A stretch of 56,599 nt of DNA from a virus (lineage: Duplodnaviria; Caudoviricetes): IMG/VR virus record IMGVR_UViG_3300033233_000046, positions 1-56,599 of that record; one strand, given 5' to 3'. The position numbers were made by a program, and so were the translations under genes. Shown one piece after another: positions 1 through 9,415 of this stretch (positions within the stretch are counted from its first letter, which is position 1; each line of letters starts with the position of its first letter). The notes beneath the pieces are model-generated. The model was not told the DNA's origin, did not search any database, and saw only the letters and a list, made by a program, of their open reading frames with translations.

Positions 1-197
1 GGCATATAGACGCTGCAGATGTATGCATTGGCCTCCTTCATATCAGTGATGCCAGCGGCGGCAAGTTCCTTGACAAGCCTCTCCTGATGGGTGCGGAAGG
101 CCCGCTCAGAGCGTCCCCTGGCCTCGGTCGGGGGAATAGGCGGGAATCATCTCAATCCCTAACTGTCGCATGGCACACCCGAACTGTGTGAAATTCT
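1..197. repeat. Terminal direct repeat, copy 1 (matches 56388-56580)
   Basis: Direct comparison: identical except the extra TCGG and A192 versus G. Confidence 0.95.
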
Positions 198-623
198 CTT
201 TGTCCACTTTTCCACCAGCAGCCGGGGTATGCCAGTAGTGACTGCCACGATCCGTATACAAAGAGGCAAACACTCCGTATCCCTCAATGACCTTCCTGAC
301 CCCCTGAAAACTGCTTTGTGTACCTTCTTCCTCGACAAAAAACATCGAGTAGTGTGTGCCCGTGGCATCGTCCATCGTCACGATCAAATCCCATAACTTC
401 CCTATGACCCACTCATGCGGCGCCCGGCGATGCGATATCTGCCCCAACCGTTGATCTACAAGTCCCTCCATCCCCTCTTCCTCATAGCGAGCTAAATAGC
501 GGCGAAATGTTCTGTCACATACCCCAAGAAGCAATGCTGCCTCCTCCTGTGTCATCCGGCCCCGCTTCCACCCACCATATGCTTCCTCAAATCTCATCTT
601 CCGTACCTCCTGTAGTACCTCCG
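1..623 (-). pseudogene. ISNCY (IS1202-like) DDE transposase remnant, N-terminal HTH plus core; no start codon seen, internal deletion, frameshift
   Basis: Translation EVLQEVRKMRFEEAY...EAALLLGVCDRTFRRY and WDLIVTMDDAT...LYTDRGSHY...IPAYSP is typical of ISNCY transposases. RRAP is joined directly to HEWV (the segment with the first catalytic Asp is missing). A 4-bp TCGG duplication at 124-131 shifts the frame. Confidence 0.85.
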
Positions 624-633
624 ACAGGAGGAG

Positions 634-662
634 TTGACAAAGATAAAGTAATCTGATAGACT
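634..662 (+). promoter_or_regulatory. sigma70-type promoter
   Basis: TTGACA (634-639), 17-nt spacer, extended -10 TGa-TAGACT (657-662). Confidence 0.65.
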
Positions 663-668
663 ATCCTC

Positions 669-960
669 AATATGTATCTGCCTGATACCCATACCAGCGT
701 TGCACTACTCTCAAGCAACCTCCTGCAATCGAGGGGTAAACCCTGCGAGAGGATCGTAGTATCTACGGTCAGGGCCGGATCAGGTCAGTATCGCTCAGAG
801 TCCCACGCCTCCCTGGATTAATCGCACATATAAAACATAGAGCGCGGGCGGGTCTTGTTCCCTCAGGCCGACAACTCATCTATAATAGAGTTGCGCCCCG
901 CAACACATACTCGCTCGGTCTCTCGCGGGAACGAATGAAATGAGGTGAGCACGCTCCCCT
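669..960 (+). ncRNA. Candidate structured ncRNA / leader
   Basis: Follows the 634 promoter; no ORF >=60 aa; nested stems 678-686/779-788, 699-703/715-719, 741-745/770-774, 753-759/763-769, 844-850/894-901, 851-857/864-869, 872-877/888-893. Confidence 0.45.
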
Positions 961-985
961 CCTATACCACATGTGAAAATAACCC

Positions 986-1014
986 TTGACATTCACTCAC
1001 CACTTCTGTATATT
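986..1014 (+). promoter_or_regulatory. sigma70-type promoter for the terS operon
   Basis: TTGACA (986-991), 17 nt, TATATT (1009-1014), 14 nt before ATG 1029. Confidence 0.6.
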
Positions 1015-1028
1015 TCAATCATAAGCAT

Positions 1029-1601
1029 ATGAAAGAATTAGAGACACTCGAGAAACATACATTACCCAAACATACATTACCCAAAAGAAAACCGGGTAAG
1101 CCATACAAACAAGATATTATCCCCCTTGCCATCCTCATTGATATGCATGTCCGGCAGAAAATGCCCATTATGTTGATAGCCAAAACGCTGAATATATCCC
1201 ATAGCAATGTATGCGATAGGCTGCGTAAGGCTGGTATACAGGCGTTGGAAGCGTTTAGGATGCATAGGGCTGATATATTAGCACTAGAGCAGCAGAGGAT
1301 ACTCTCACATATTACTGACGCGGATATCAAACGGGCAGGGATTAAGGACAAGGCTGTAAGTATCGGTATATTGTATGATAAGGAGAGGTTAGATAGAGGT
1401 CAGAGCACCTCAATCCTGTCCTACGCGGACATCACAAAGGATGAGATCGAGAGTGAGGGCCGCATTAGGGCCATCGAGGATAAGCTGAGGTCCCTGGGCA
1501 TTAGGGAGCATGAGATCGTGGATGGAGAAGAGGTGGAGGAAGAGGTCCAGAGCGCTATAGAACCACTACATATAGATAACGATGGAAAAAACAACAAATA
1601 A
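1029..1601 (+). CDS. Putative terminase small subunit (HTH DNA-binding protein)
   Basis: HTH-like IAKTLNISHSNVCDRL, motif IGILYDKERLDRGQST, upstream of terL; 15-bp tandem duplication at 1053-1082 (KHTLP x2). Confidence 0.6.
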   Translation: MKELETLEKHTLPKHTLPKRKPGKPYKQDIIPLAILIDMHVRQKMPIMLIAKTLNISHSNVCDRLRKAGIQALEAFRMHRADILALEQQRILSHITDADIKRAGIKDKAVSIGILYDKERLDRGQSTSILSYADITKDEIESEGRIRAIEDKLRSLGIREHEIVDGEEVEEEVQSAIEPLHIDNDGKNNK

Positions 1602-1688
1602 GGCTTTACATAACCCGTTCTCACATCAATACCTCAAGTCGATTTCTTCCTTTAGTATTATAGAGTTAGATACGATTCGCAAATATGA

Positions 1689-1716
1689 ATGTCCGATAAG
1701 CGTGATTATGACTATA
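1689..1716 (+). other. dif/xrs-like XerCD recombination site
   Basis: ATGTCCGATAA-GCGTGA-TTATGACTATA has the 11-6-11 layout with ATAA-N6-TTAT core; outer XerD arm is degenerate. Confidence 0.5.
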
Positions 1717-1904
1717 TCGCAAAGGTGCGAAAAATGAGCGTAAATGCCTGCGTTATACTGCGCTCCCCGGTCGTGGAGGCTCATCACGGTCGGTCACGGT
1801 CTGTATCGAAGGAGGGGGAGGGTACGGGGGTAAATCAAAAAGGTTTTGTTTTTTTACTTCCCTCTCTTAGTAGAAAAAATCAAAGGGGGGTTATGGGAAT
1901 GGTG

Positions 1905-2069
1905 ATGAAGTTTCTATTTCTCTTTATTTTTTTGTTTACATTTTCAGGTTGTGGTTCTTATTCTTCAATCGAGGATCAGCCGCAGGTTGAGATAGTAGCT
2001 CCATGTGATTTGGATTGCATAAGACATACGATGTTGTATCAGGAACAAAGTGGGGGTGAGGGGAAATGA
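1905..2069 (+). CDS. Small predicted lipoprotein
   Basis: MKFLFLFIFLFTFSG-C lipobox-like signal within ORF 1689..2069. Confidence 0.45.
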   Translation: MKFLFLFIFLFTFSGCGSYSSIEDQPQVEIVAPCDLDCIRHTMLYQEQSGGEGK

Positions 2070-2453
2070 GGGAATGGATTTTACTCGGTCTGATAATCTT
2101 TTACTTGATGGTGTTAGGGTTTATTTTTTTACCGGAGAAAGGTGATGAGCGTTTTACACACGAAGAATAGAAGTGACTTTAAGTTAAAAGCGAGATGGTA
2201 TTTTTGGCAATATGGACTATATGGGGGTGCGGAGAACTTAAATTGAGACGCTGGGACGTTATTGTTGTTTTGATTTCTTTTGGAGTTATGTTTTTGATAA
2301 GTATTTATATGGTAGTGAGTATTGGGATAAAGATGGGGTTGAAATGAATCAGAAGAAATGTAAGACCATACGTAAAGAGATGAGAAGGGATGGGGAGACC
2401 AGCCGTAAGATATACCAGCAGATTAAGAACGTAGTCAGAAAAGGAGGGAAATA

Positions 2454-2642
2454 ATGGTTAAGAAAGCAAAGAAAAAGAAGTTACCTACGGTAGACGCTGC
2501 GATAAGTAAACTGAGGGATGCCCTTAATCAGTCGGTGGGGGATGCAATTACATGTCCTCACTGTGGGCAGGCATTCATACCTGAGGCGAAGTTGACCGGT
2601 GAGGCGTTAGACCTTTACCGGATGTTATGCAAGAACTGGTAA
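2454..2642 (+). CDS. Small hypothetical protein (CxxC)
   Basis: AGGAGG RBS; CPHC motif. Confidence 0.6.
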   Translation: MVKKAKKKKLPTVDAAISKLRDALNQSVGDAITCPHCGQAFIPEAKLTGEALDLYRMLCKNW

Positions 2643-2730
2643 GAGTAAGGGTTGCTCAAAGACCGTGGATATGGCGAAGAGACATCTAATGGCTCTTTAC
2701 GCTAACGAGCACAAGAAGGGAAAGGCGTAA

Positions 2731-2940
2731 ATGAGCATGGAGGATTTTACGGCAGATAATATGAAAGACTGTCCGATACAGGCTCTGAAAGATTATTATG
2801 TTCAGGCTCAATCTAAAGACGGTCATGCTGCGGGATTTTTTATTTGCGCCGATAGTCTTGAAGATGCGTTCAGAATAGGGAGCAACAAGACAAAGACCGT
2901 TTTTGAAGACTTCATTCTTAATGTTCAAGAGGTACGGTGA
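2731..2940 (+). CDS. Hypothetical protein
   Basis: Stop overlaps the terL start (GTGA). Confidence 0.55.
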   Translation: MSMEDFTADNMKDCPIQALKDYYVQAQSKDGHAAGFFICADSLEDAFRIGSNKTKTVFEDFILNVQEVR

Positions 2941-4394
2941 ACGAGAAACAAAAACAGAGAACGATACTTAAACTCCAACTTGAACGCGAGAGGGAGATTA
3001 AGCGCAACCTCGCTGCTAAAAGGGCTATCGCTGAATATAAGGACAAACACAAGAGTGAGTTCTTTGTTCCGTTTCCTCATCAACAAAAGGCAATTGATTT
3101 TATAGAGGAAGGAAAAAAAACGGTAGTTCTACAAGGCGCGAATCAGGTTGGAAAAACTGCGACAACCGTTAATCTTATGAACACGTTTATGAATGGGTGC
3201 GTTAGGGCCTGGGGAGAGAAAAAACCGCTATATCCTTCTGAATTTTCAAAGGTCAATGCCGGGAAGAAAATAATAGGGAGGATACTCTGTAACAACTGGG
3301 AAACTGCCGCCAAGGATACCATTGTGCCTAAGCTAAAAGAATTTCTACGGGACGGCACTTATGAGATGAAAAAGAATACAGTGGGGGTCGAGCATGAGTT
3401 TATTTTTCCAAAGACAAGTTCTAAATTTACCATTCTTACTTACAAGGAAGATACTAAGTCTCATGAGGGCTGGACGGGCGATGTGGTAATTTGTGATGAG
3501 CCACCCCCACGCGATAAATATATAGCCAATAGAAGAGGGTTAATAGCCCGTAACGGAGTAATGATTATCGCTATGACCGCCATAAGCGAGGATTGGATTC
3601 TTGATGAGATAGTCCTTAAACCTGACAGATCGGTTGGTGTGGTAGGCGACATCCCCATAGAAGCCAACACTACACTTACACCAGAAGCCATTAGAGTGTT
3701 TGAGCAATCCCTCACTGAAGACGAGAAGGTAGCCAGAATCAAGGGCGGCTGGTTACAACTGACAGGACGGATATGGAAGGTTTTTAGTACTGACACCCAC
3801 GTAGTGAGACCCTTTAAAATCCCTCCTGACTGGCCCTGTTCCTTTCAAATAGACTTTCATTTGGACATTCCCCATGCGATAAGCTTTTGTGCTGTGGACC
3901 CTCTAAATAGATTTTTTATCTTCGATGAGGTATGGCTTAATATCGGCAATAAGGAAATAGCCGATGAGATAGCCCGCAGGAAGATAGGACAGGTGCTCAG
4001 AATGAAGTATGGAGAGATAGATGCGCTATCAAAAGGAGATACCTCTTATACGAGAAACAGGTTTGGTACTACGGAGGCTTCTTTTGAACAGATAGGGAAG
4101 GAACTCAGAAAGTATAGCATTACATTGGGTGTAGGCTCCAAGGCCGAGAAAGATTATATTAAGGCTGTTGAGACAAGGCTGAAGGGGCCTAACGGTATGC
4201 CAACCCTTTTTATTTTTGATACCTGTACTGAGACTATTAAACAGGTTCAAAGATGGAGTTATGATAATAATCACCAGCCTAAAGCAGACGGGCATTTTCC
4301 TGAAGCTATTGGTAGATTTACGCAACAAGGGCTTAAATACACTGCACCGGACTTGCAGACTAAGCAGTTACAATACGCGGAGATGGTGATATGA
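2937..4394 (+). CDS. terL: Terminase large subunit
   Basis: Walker A GANQVGKT, Walker B VVICDEPP, C-terminal nuclease-like region; directly upstream of portal. Confidence 0.92.
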   Translation: MNEKQKQRTILKLQLEREREIKRNLAAKRAIAEYKDKHKSEFFVPFPHQQKAIDFIEEGKKTVVLQGANQVGKTATTVNLMNTFMNGCVRAWGEKKPLYPSEFSKVNAGKKIIGRILCNNWETAAKDTIVPKLKEFLRDGTYEMKKNTVGVEHEFIFPKTSSKFTILTYKEDTKSHEGWTGDVVICDEPPPRDKYIANRRGLIARNGVMIIAMTAISEDWILDEIVLKPDRSVGVVGDIPIEANTTLTPEAIRVFEQSLTEDEKVARIKGGWLQLTGRIWKVFSTDTHVVRPFKIPPDWPCSFQIDFHLDIPHAISFCAVDPLNRFFIFDEVWLNIGNKEIADEIARRKIGQVLRMKYGEIDALSKGDTSYTRNRFGTTEASFEQIGKELRKYSITLGVGSKAEKDYIKAVETRLKGPNGMPTLFIFDTCTETIKQVQRWSYDNNHQPKADGHFPEAIGRFTQQGLKYTAPDLQTKQLQYAEMVI

Positions 4395-4552
4395 TAACGA
4401 GAGATGAAAAAGCCCCCATAACTCAGAACTTGACAAAAGCTTTAAAACCTGATACGGTTAACGCAATGTGTGTGGAGTGCAAGAAAGAAATAATAGAAGC
4501 ACTAAAGTTAGTATATGCGGGAAAGAGAAAACTAGAACTGCTGATTAAATAA
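4391..4552 (+). CDS. 53-aa hypothetical protein (not in ORF track)
   Basis: ATGA overlap with terL stop; MITRDEK...CVECKKE...LLIK. Confidence 0.45.
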   Translation: MITRDEKAPITQNLTKALKPDTVNAMCVECKKEIIEALKLVYAGKRKLELLIK

Positions 4553-4583
4553 AGCTTAAATCTTAGGAAGCATATGAGAACAG

Positions 4584-4619
4584 AGGCTACGGTCCCTAAC
4601 GGGATTGTGGTCTTTTTTT
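4584..4619 (+). terminator. Intrinsic terminator-like hairpin before portal
   Basis: GGCTACGGTCCC-TAAC-GGGATTGTGGTC (several G-U pairs) followed by T7. Confidence 0.6.
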
Positions 4620-4635
4620 GTTTTATAAGGAGAGG

Positions 4636-6609
4636 ATGACACAGGAAGAAAGATTAACGTACTGTAAATTGTGGATAACCCGTCTAAATGGTCAGTGGTC
4701 CTCGCTTGATACAGACAGGACAGACGCTCTCCGTTTTTGTAATGGCGATCCCACCATAGTCAAGCTCATTACCGGCAGATCACAGGTAGTTACTCATGAT
4801 ATGCAGGATGCTATTGATTCAGCTAAGCCGGACATCCTTGAGACTCTAGCAGGAACAGACGAACCTTTAAAGCTTGATCCTACTGGAGCAGAGGATGTCG
4901 AACCCGTTAAGAAGCTTCAGATACTCGCCAATATCCAGGTTAAGCGTAAAAACCCATGGTTTAGGCGGTGTGCTGACTTTCTTGATGATTCCATGAAGTT
5001 AAAGTTCGGATGCTTTAAATATCAATGGATAGAGAAGACGAAGGCCATTGAGAAGATATATGAAGATGCTAATGATATTGAGATTAAAGAAAGGGTTATG
5101 TCCGGGGCAACAATTATTAAAGATGAAATGGTAGACGGCAAGAGGCGAACCACGTTGAGCACCGAAACTTACGATGAATATGTAGAGATAACAACCCCTC
5201 CGACCGAGAGAGTTAAATTTCCCATAGATTGCAGGGGTTTTTCAACTGCTCCTTTCGTATGGGAAGAGGTCAGGCTTTATGAGGAAGAGTTCAGGACGCT
5301 TTACGGTAAGGATGTTTTGGATAAGGTCAAGGATATACAGGAGAATCTTTCCAGACCCGAAGTAGATTCCATTCAACAGGAAAGGTTCAAAGACGTAGGT
5401 GGAGTTAAGTTTATCTATGATGGTGATACAGGGAAGTATAAAGCCCATGAATGCTATTTTCATGAACCTGACGAGAATAGGGCATGGCTATTTGTCTTTA
5501 GTGGAGATGAGGTAATTCTGGATGAATACAACAAGTATGACAGACCTCCATATGAAGGAGGCTCACCGTTCCTTGTGGCCCATAGGCTACTGTCTTTAGG
5601 ATATTTCGATTATCTCAAAGAGATTCAGAAAGAGCGGACATTCTTCAAGCGACAGATATTTGACAACGTAACTCAGGCTAATTACCGGCGATACTTCGGC
5701 GATCCTGAGCGGTTGAATATGGATGACTTCTTAAATAACAATGCCACCAATGCTCTAATAAGAGTAGACGGCGATCCATCCAAGGTTGTTATGGCAGAGC
5801 AGAAGGCTCCAATCCCCGCCGAGGTTCTTGACTTTTGGGAACTTATGAATGTCGAAAAGGATTATCACTTGCCTACTCCAAGGTCATTTACCGGAGTAGA
5901 CCCCAAGAAGGCGCAACGGACATGGCGGGGGCAGGCGCAACAGACTAATTTAGCTCAAAAGAAGCTTCTTATGATGATAAGGGGATATATGGAGGATGTG
6001 TTTTCTCCGCTCTTCAATGACGTTATAGACTGTATTCTTAAATTCATGAAGAAGAAAGTCTCAGTCCGGTATCTCAATGAAGACTACAATATCAATCCCG
6101 ATAATATAATCGGTAAATTCGATCTCGTGGTGAATGTTGGACTAGGCTCTCACGATAAAAATGATATGGTAATGAAGCTCCAGCAGCTCATTGGCCTATC
6201 TGCAAAGCTTATGGAAACGGGCGTTGTCACTCCCCAGAACCTTCATTATATGACTCAGGAGCTTGTGAAGGCTATGGGCTTTTTGAATACAACCGACTTT
6301 GTGACAGACCCGAAATTGAAAGAAGCCATTGTCAAATTTATTATGATGGTCAGCCAGATGCTCCATAAGATGAGCATGGTCCCTGAACTTCAGGCAGACG
6401 TAGCCCAGATAGCCCCTCAACTCTATCAGGAGATAAGCGAAATCAGCATGGCACTCGGTATGCCTATGGGAAAGCAGAAAGGGCAGGGAACGCTACCGGG
6501 TGAGAATGTAGCACCACAAGCAGAGGTTCCCGGTCAGGCATTGACCGAAGTAATGGCTATAGATGGAGCCGGTAGGGGTAATGGTGGAGGAATGGGGTTG
6601 CATGTTTAA
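4636..6609 (+). CDS. Portal protein (podovirus type)
   Basis: ~657 aa after terL; GRSQVV and FDLVVNVGLG motifs, Q/G-rich tail; ATG 4636 follows AAGGAG. Confidence 0.88.
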   Translation: MTQEERLTYCKLWITRLNGQWSSLDTDRTDALRFCNGDPTIVKLITGRSQVVTHDMQDAIDSAKPDILETLAGTDEPLKLDPTGAEDVEPVKKLQILANIQVKRKNPWFRRCADFLDDSMKLKFGCFKYQWIEKTKAIEKIYEDANDIEIKERVMSGATIIKDEMVDGKRRTTLSTETYDEYVEITTPPTERVKFPIDCRGFSTAPFVWEEVRLYEEEFRTLYGKDVLDKVKDIQENLSRPEVDSIQQERFKDVGGVKFIYDGDTGKYKAHECYFHEPDENRAWLFVFSGDEVILDEYNKYDRPPYEGGSPFLVAHRLLSLGYFDYLKEIQKERTFFKRQIFDNVTQANYRRYFGDPERLNMDDFLNNNATNALIRVDGDPSKVVMAEQKAPIPAEVLDFWELMNVEKDYHLPTPRSFTGVDPKKAQRTWRGQAQQTNLAQKKLLMMIRGYMEDVFSPLFNDVIDCILKFMKKKVSVRYLNEDYNINPDNIIGKFDLVVNVGLGSHDKNDMVMKLQQLIGLSAKLMETGVVTPQNLHYMTQELVKAMGFLNTTDFVTDPKLKEAIVKFIMMVSQMLHKMSMVPELQADVAQIAPQLYQEISEISMALGMPMGKQKGQGTLPGENVAPQAEVPGQALTEVMAIDGAGRGNGGGMGLHV

Positions 6610-6967
6610 TCAAATACTTAAATCGTTTGTTCAGTTATTAACTCGGTTTATTAAGGTTGAATCAAAGCCAGAGACAGATTTTGTAGATTCCGAACAGGAG
6701 CAGAACAAAATTATTCTCGGACATCAGGCGAAGCTATTGCTTGAGAATCCAGTTTTCGCTAATGCCCTGAAGGATATTGAAGATGGATATTACAGGATGT
6801 GGAAAAACTCAAAGCCTATGCAGTCAGACGAAAGGGAAGCGGTATGGGACAGACTTCAGGCTCTTCAGGAAGTACGATTGAAGATAACAGGGTACGTCAA
6901 TACCATGCTGCATGAACAGAAACTAAAAGAAGAGGCAAGCGTAATAGCACCTCAAAAGGAGATTTAA
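6602..6967 (+). CDS. Conserved-type small protein between portal and scaffold
   Basis: AKLLLENPVF...EREAVW pattern; position. Confidence 0.65.
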   Translation: MFNQILKSFVQLLTRFIKVESKPETDFVDSEQEQNKIILGHQAKLLLENPVFANALKDIEDGYYRMWKNSKPMQSDEREAVWDRLQALQEVRLKITGYVNTMLHEQKLKEEASVIAPQKEI

Positions 6968-6968
6968 C

Positions 6969-7841
6969 ATGGCAGAGCAATTGGTAAAAGAACCCGTTGA
7001 GGGCAATCTGGAGCCAGAGGAAACAGACTTAGAGGAAATTTCTCAGGCCGATAAAACGGTAACTGAAGAAAAAGAAACTGAGTCAGCAGCGGGAACGGGG
7101 AAGGTTCCATATACCCCCGATGAGATGAAAAGCCTCGATTTCGACCAGATTGACACGTCTCGGATACCCGATGAGATGCAACCTTTTTATAAGGCAATGC
7201 AAGCTTCATATGGCAAGAAGACAATGACGCTGGCAGAACAGAGGAAAGAACTTGAAAGAGAACGTGAAGCTCAGACACCGAAGACATACTTTGAAGATCC
7301 AAAGAAGAACGATATCTTTATGGATTACCTGAAAAGCCCCGTTAAGGTGGTCTCCGACATCAATGCCGAGATAGCAAAGCTTGAATCGGACGAGACTATC
7401 TACGATGATGAGGGTAGGGTAGACGTAAAGAAGCAGTCTGCCAACAGACGAGCGATAGCCTATTGGAACGGGATTAAGGATGAATTTTCCCTCAAGAGAC
7501 AGGAAGTTATTGAGCGGAGAAGGAAATCCGAGGTTGACGAGTCTAGGATAGCCTCTGAATTAGGGGAAAATGCCCTGAAGATAGAGGAATATGCCTTGTC
7601 TCTCGGTTTCAGCAGGGAAGACTTTCTAAGTAAACCGAAGGTTAGGGAAGCCGCAAAGAAGGCTTTCAATATCGCTAATGTGCCCATATCTGTGAGAGCG
7701 AAGGAGTTGAAGGAAGCTCCCAAGAAACTCGCTACGCAAGGTGGGTCAACCGTCGCTTCAAAGGAAGATGATCTCGATAAGTTGTCTCCGTCTGAATTCG
7801 CGGCAAGAAGGAACAAGGAGAAATTCAATGCGAGTTTCTAG
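6969..7841 (+). CDS. Capsid scaffolding protein
   Basis: Acidic N-terminus, MQASYGKKT coiled coil, immediately before coat gene. Confidence 0.75.
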   Translation: MAEQLVKEPVEGNLEPEETDLEEISQADKTVTEEKETESAAGTGKVPYTPDEMKSLDFDQIDTSRIPDEMQPFYKAMQASYGKKTMTLAEQRKELEREREAQTPKTYFEDPKKNDIFMDYLKSPVKVVSDINAEIAKLESDETIYDDEGRVDVKKQSANRRAIAYWNGIKDEFSLKRQEVIERRRKSEVDESRIASELGENALKIEEYALSLGFSREDFLSKPKVREAAKKAFNIANVPISVRAKELKEAPKKLATQGGSTVASKEDDLDKLSPSEFAARRNKEKFNASF

Positions 7842-7867
7842 TGTTCCTTTTATAAGGAGATTTAGCA

Positions 7868-9097
7868 ATGGCTGGTAACACAATTTTAACCCCGGCTATG
7901 ATCACCAAGGAAGCACTCAGGATATTGCACAACAAGCTTACCTTTATTGGTAGCATAGACCGTCAATATGACAACAGATTCGCCGTCTCAGGAGCTAAAA
8001 TCGGCTCTCAGTTGCAGATTAGGCTCCCTAATCAGTATTCAGTAAGGACCGGTTCGGTCATGCAGGTAAACGATACTACAGAACAGTCCGTCACTCTTTC
8101 CGTGGCTACACAGAAGGGCGTTGACATGAACTTCAGTTCTGCCGAACTTACTCTCTCCCTTGATGATTTTTCAAAGAGAGTTATCGAACCTGCGATGTCC
8201 GTTCTTGCAGCTAACATCGAAAATGATGCCCTGAGCATGACCTTCGATGTCTATAACTGCGTTGGAACACCGGGTTCAGCTACCGTAGTTTTGCTTCCGT
8301 GGCTTCAGGCAAGAGCAAAGCTGAATCAGTTCCTTACTCCAAAGGATTCCAACAGGAACTGCCTTGTAGATTCTAACACCATGGCGCAGATGGTTGAAGG
8401 ATTAAAAACCCTGTTCCATCAGGATAGCGCAATAGCCAAGCAGTACAGGGAGGGCTTTATCTCTTACAATGCCGGCATGAAATGGTGGGAGAATGAGCTT
8501 GTCCAGAGCCTTCTTCACGGAACCGAGACTAACACAACCCCGCTCACCGATGGTGTTACTCCTCAGACAGGTGCTTCTATTCTCATAAACGGCATGTCTG
8601 CTTCGACTGCAACCATCAAGAAAGGTCAGATATTTACCATTGATGGCGTGTATGCCGTGAATCCTGAGACAAAAGCATCCTATAGTTTCCTTCAGCAGTT
8701 TGTCGTTACTGAGGATGTCACTGGCTCAGGTTCCGCTGCTACCATTAAAATCTCTCCGTCTATCATCCCGGCTGGTTCGGGGATACTTCCGAATCCACTC
8801 CAGAATGTATCCAACGGAGCAGCGAACGATAAGGCTCTGACATTTCTGGGAACGGCTTCGACTTCCTATGTCTACGACTTGGTATACCACAAGGATGCGT
8901 TTACCTTTGTAACCGCTGATCTTGAAATGCCAAAGGGTGTAGACTTCGCAGCCAGAGAGATTCTTGACGGTATCTCCATGAGAATCGTCAGAGCGTTTGA
9001 CATCACCAACGACAAGTTCCCTTGCCGTATTGATGTGCTCTACGGTTATAAAACCTTACGTCCGCAAACCGCATGTAGGGTGATAGGTACGAACTAA
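7868..9097 (+). CDS. Major capsid protein, P22 coat protein family
   Basis: NTILTPAMITKEALRILHN start and RIDVLYGYKTLRP end typical of P22-coat-like MCPs; AAGGAG RBS. Confidence 0.93.
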   Translation: MAGNTILTPAMITKEALRILHNKLTFIGSIDRQYDNRFAVSGAKIGSQLQIRLPNQYSVRTGSVMQVNDTTEQSVTLSVATQKGVDMNFSSAELTLSLDDFSKRVIEPAMSVLAANIENDALSMTFDVYNCVGTPGSATVVLLPWLQARAKLNQFLTPKDSNRNCLVDSNTMAQMVEGLKTLFHQDSAIAKQYREGFISYNAGMKWWENELVQSLLHGTETNTTPLTDGVTPQTGASILINGMSASTATIKKGQIFTIDGVYAVNPETKASYSFLQQFVVTEDVTGSGSAATIKISPSIIPAGSGILPNPLQNVSNGAANDKALTFLGTASTSYVYDLVYHKDAFTFVTADLEMPKGVDFAAREILDGISMRIVRAFDITNDKFPCRIDVLYGYKTLRPQTACRVIGTN

Positions 9098-9120
9098 CTA
9101 AGAAAGGAAGGTGAATAGAG

Positions 9121-9402
9121 ATGAGTGCATTAAGTAATACGCCAGCAACTCCGATAAATCAGATAACCGGCTCGAATCCTGCTGGAACACTTATGGGTTC
9201 AGCCGCAGCCGACCTCATTGCGTTCTACGGGGGAACTCCCGTAGCGCAGAGAGCAAGCGCGGTGCAGGTAGCAGTAGCGACTACCGTTTCAACAACTAGC
9301 CAGTATGGGTATGCACAGGCTCAGGCCGATGCGATTGTAGCAACCCTCAATGAGGTGGTTGCTACATTGACGGCACTCGGTTTGTGGAAGGGAGGAGCTT
9401 AG
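9121..9402 (+). CDS. Putative capsid decoration protein
   Basis: Ala/Thr-rich, IAFYGGTPVAQ motif, directly after MCP. Confidence 0.55.
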   Translation: MSALSNTPATPINQITGSNPAGTLMGSAAADLIAFYGGTPVAQRASAVQVAVATTVSTTSQYGYAQAQADAIVATLNEVVATLTALGLWKGGA

Positions 9403-9415
9403 TAACTAAAGCGTA

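Noticed and set aside
1-623. Active IS or RNA-guided (TnpB/IS110) element
   Set aside because: Transposase is deleted, fragmented and lacks intact ends; no RuvC or DEDD motifs.
1603-1716. CTXphi-style fold-back attP from two inverted dif-like sites
   Set aside because: The two arms pair over only ~5 bp and this is a dsDNA phage.
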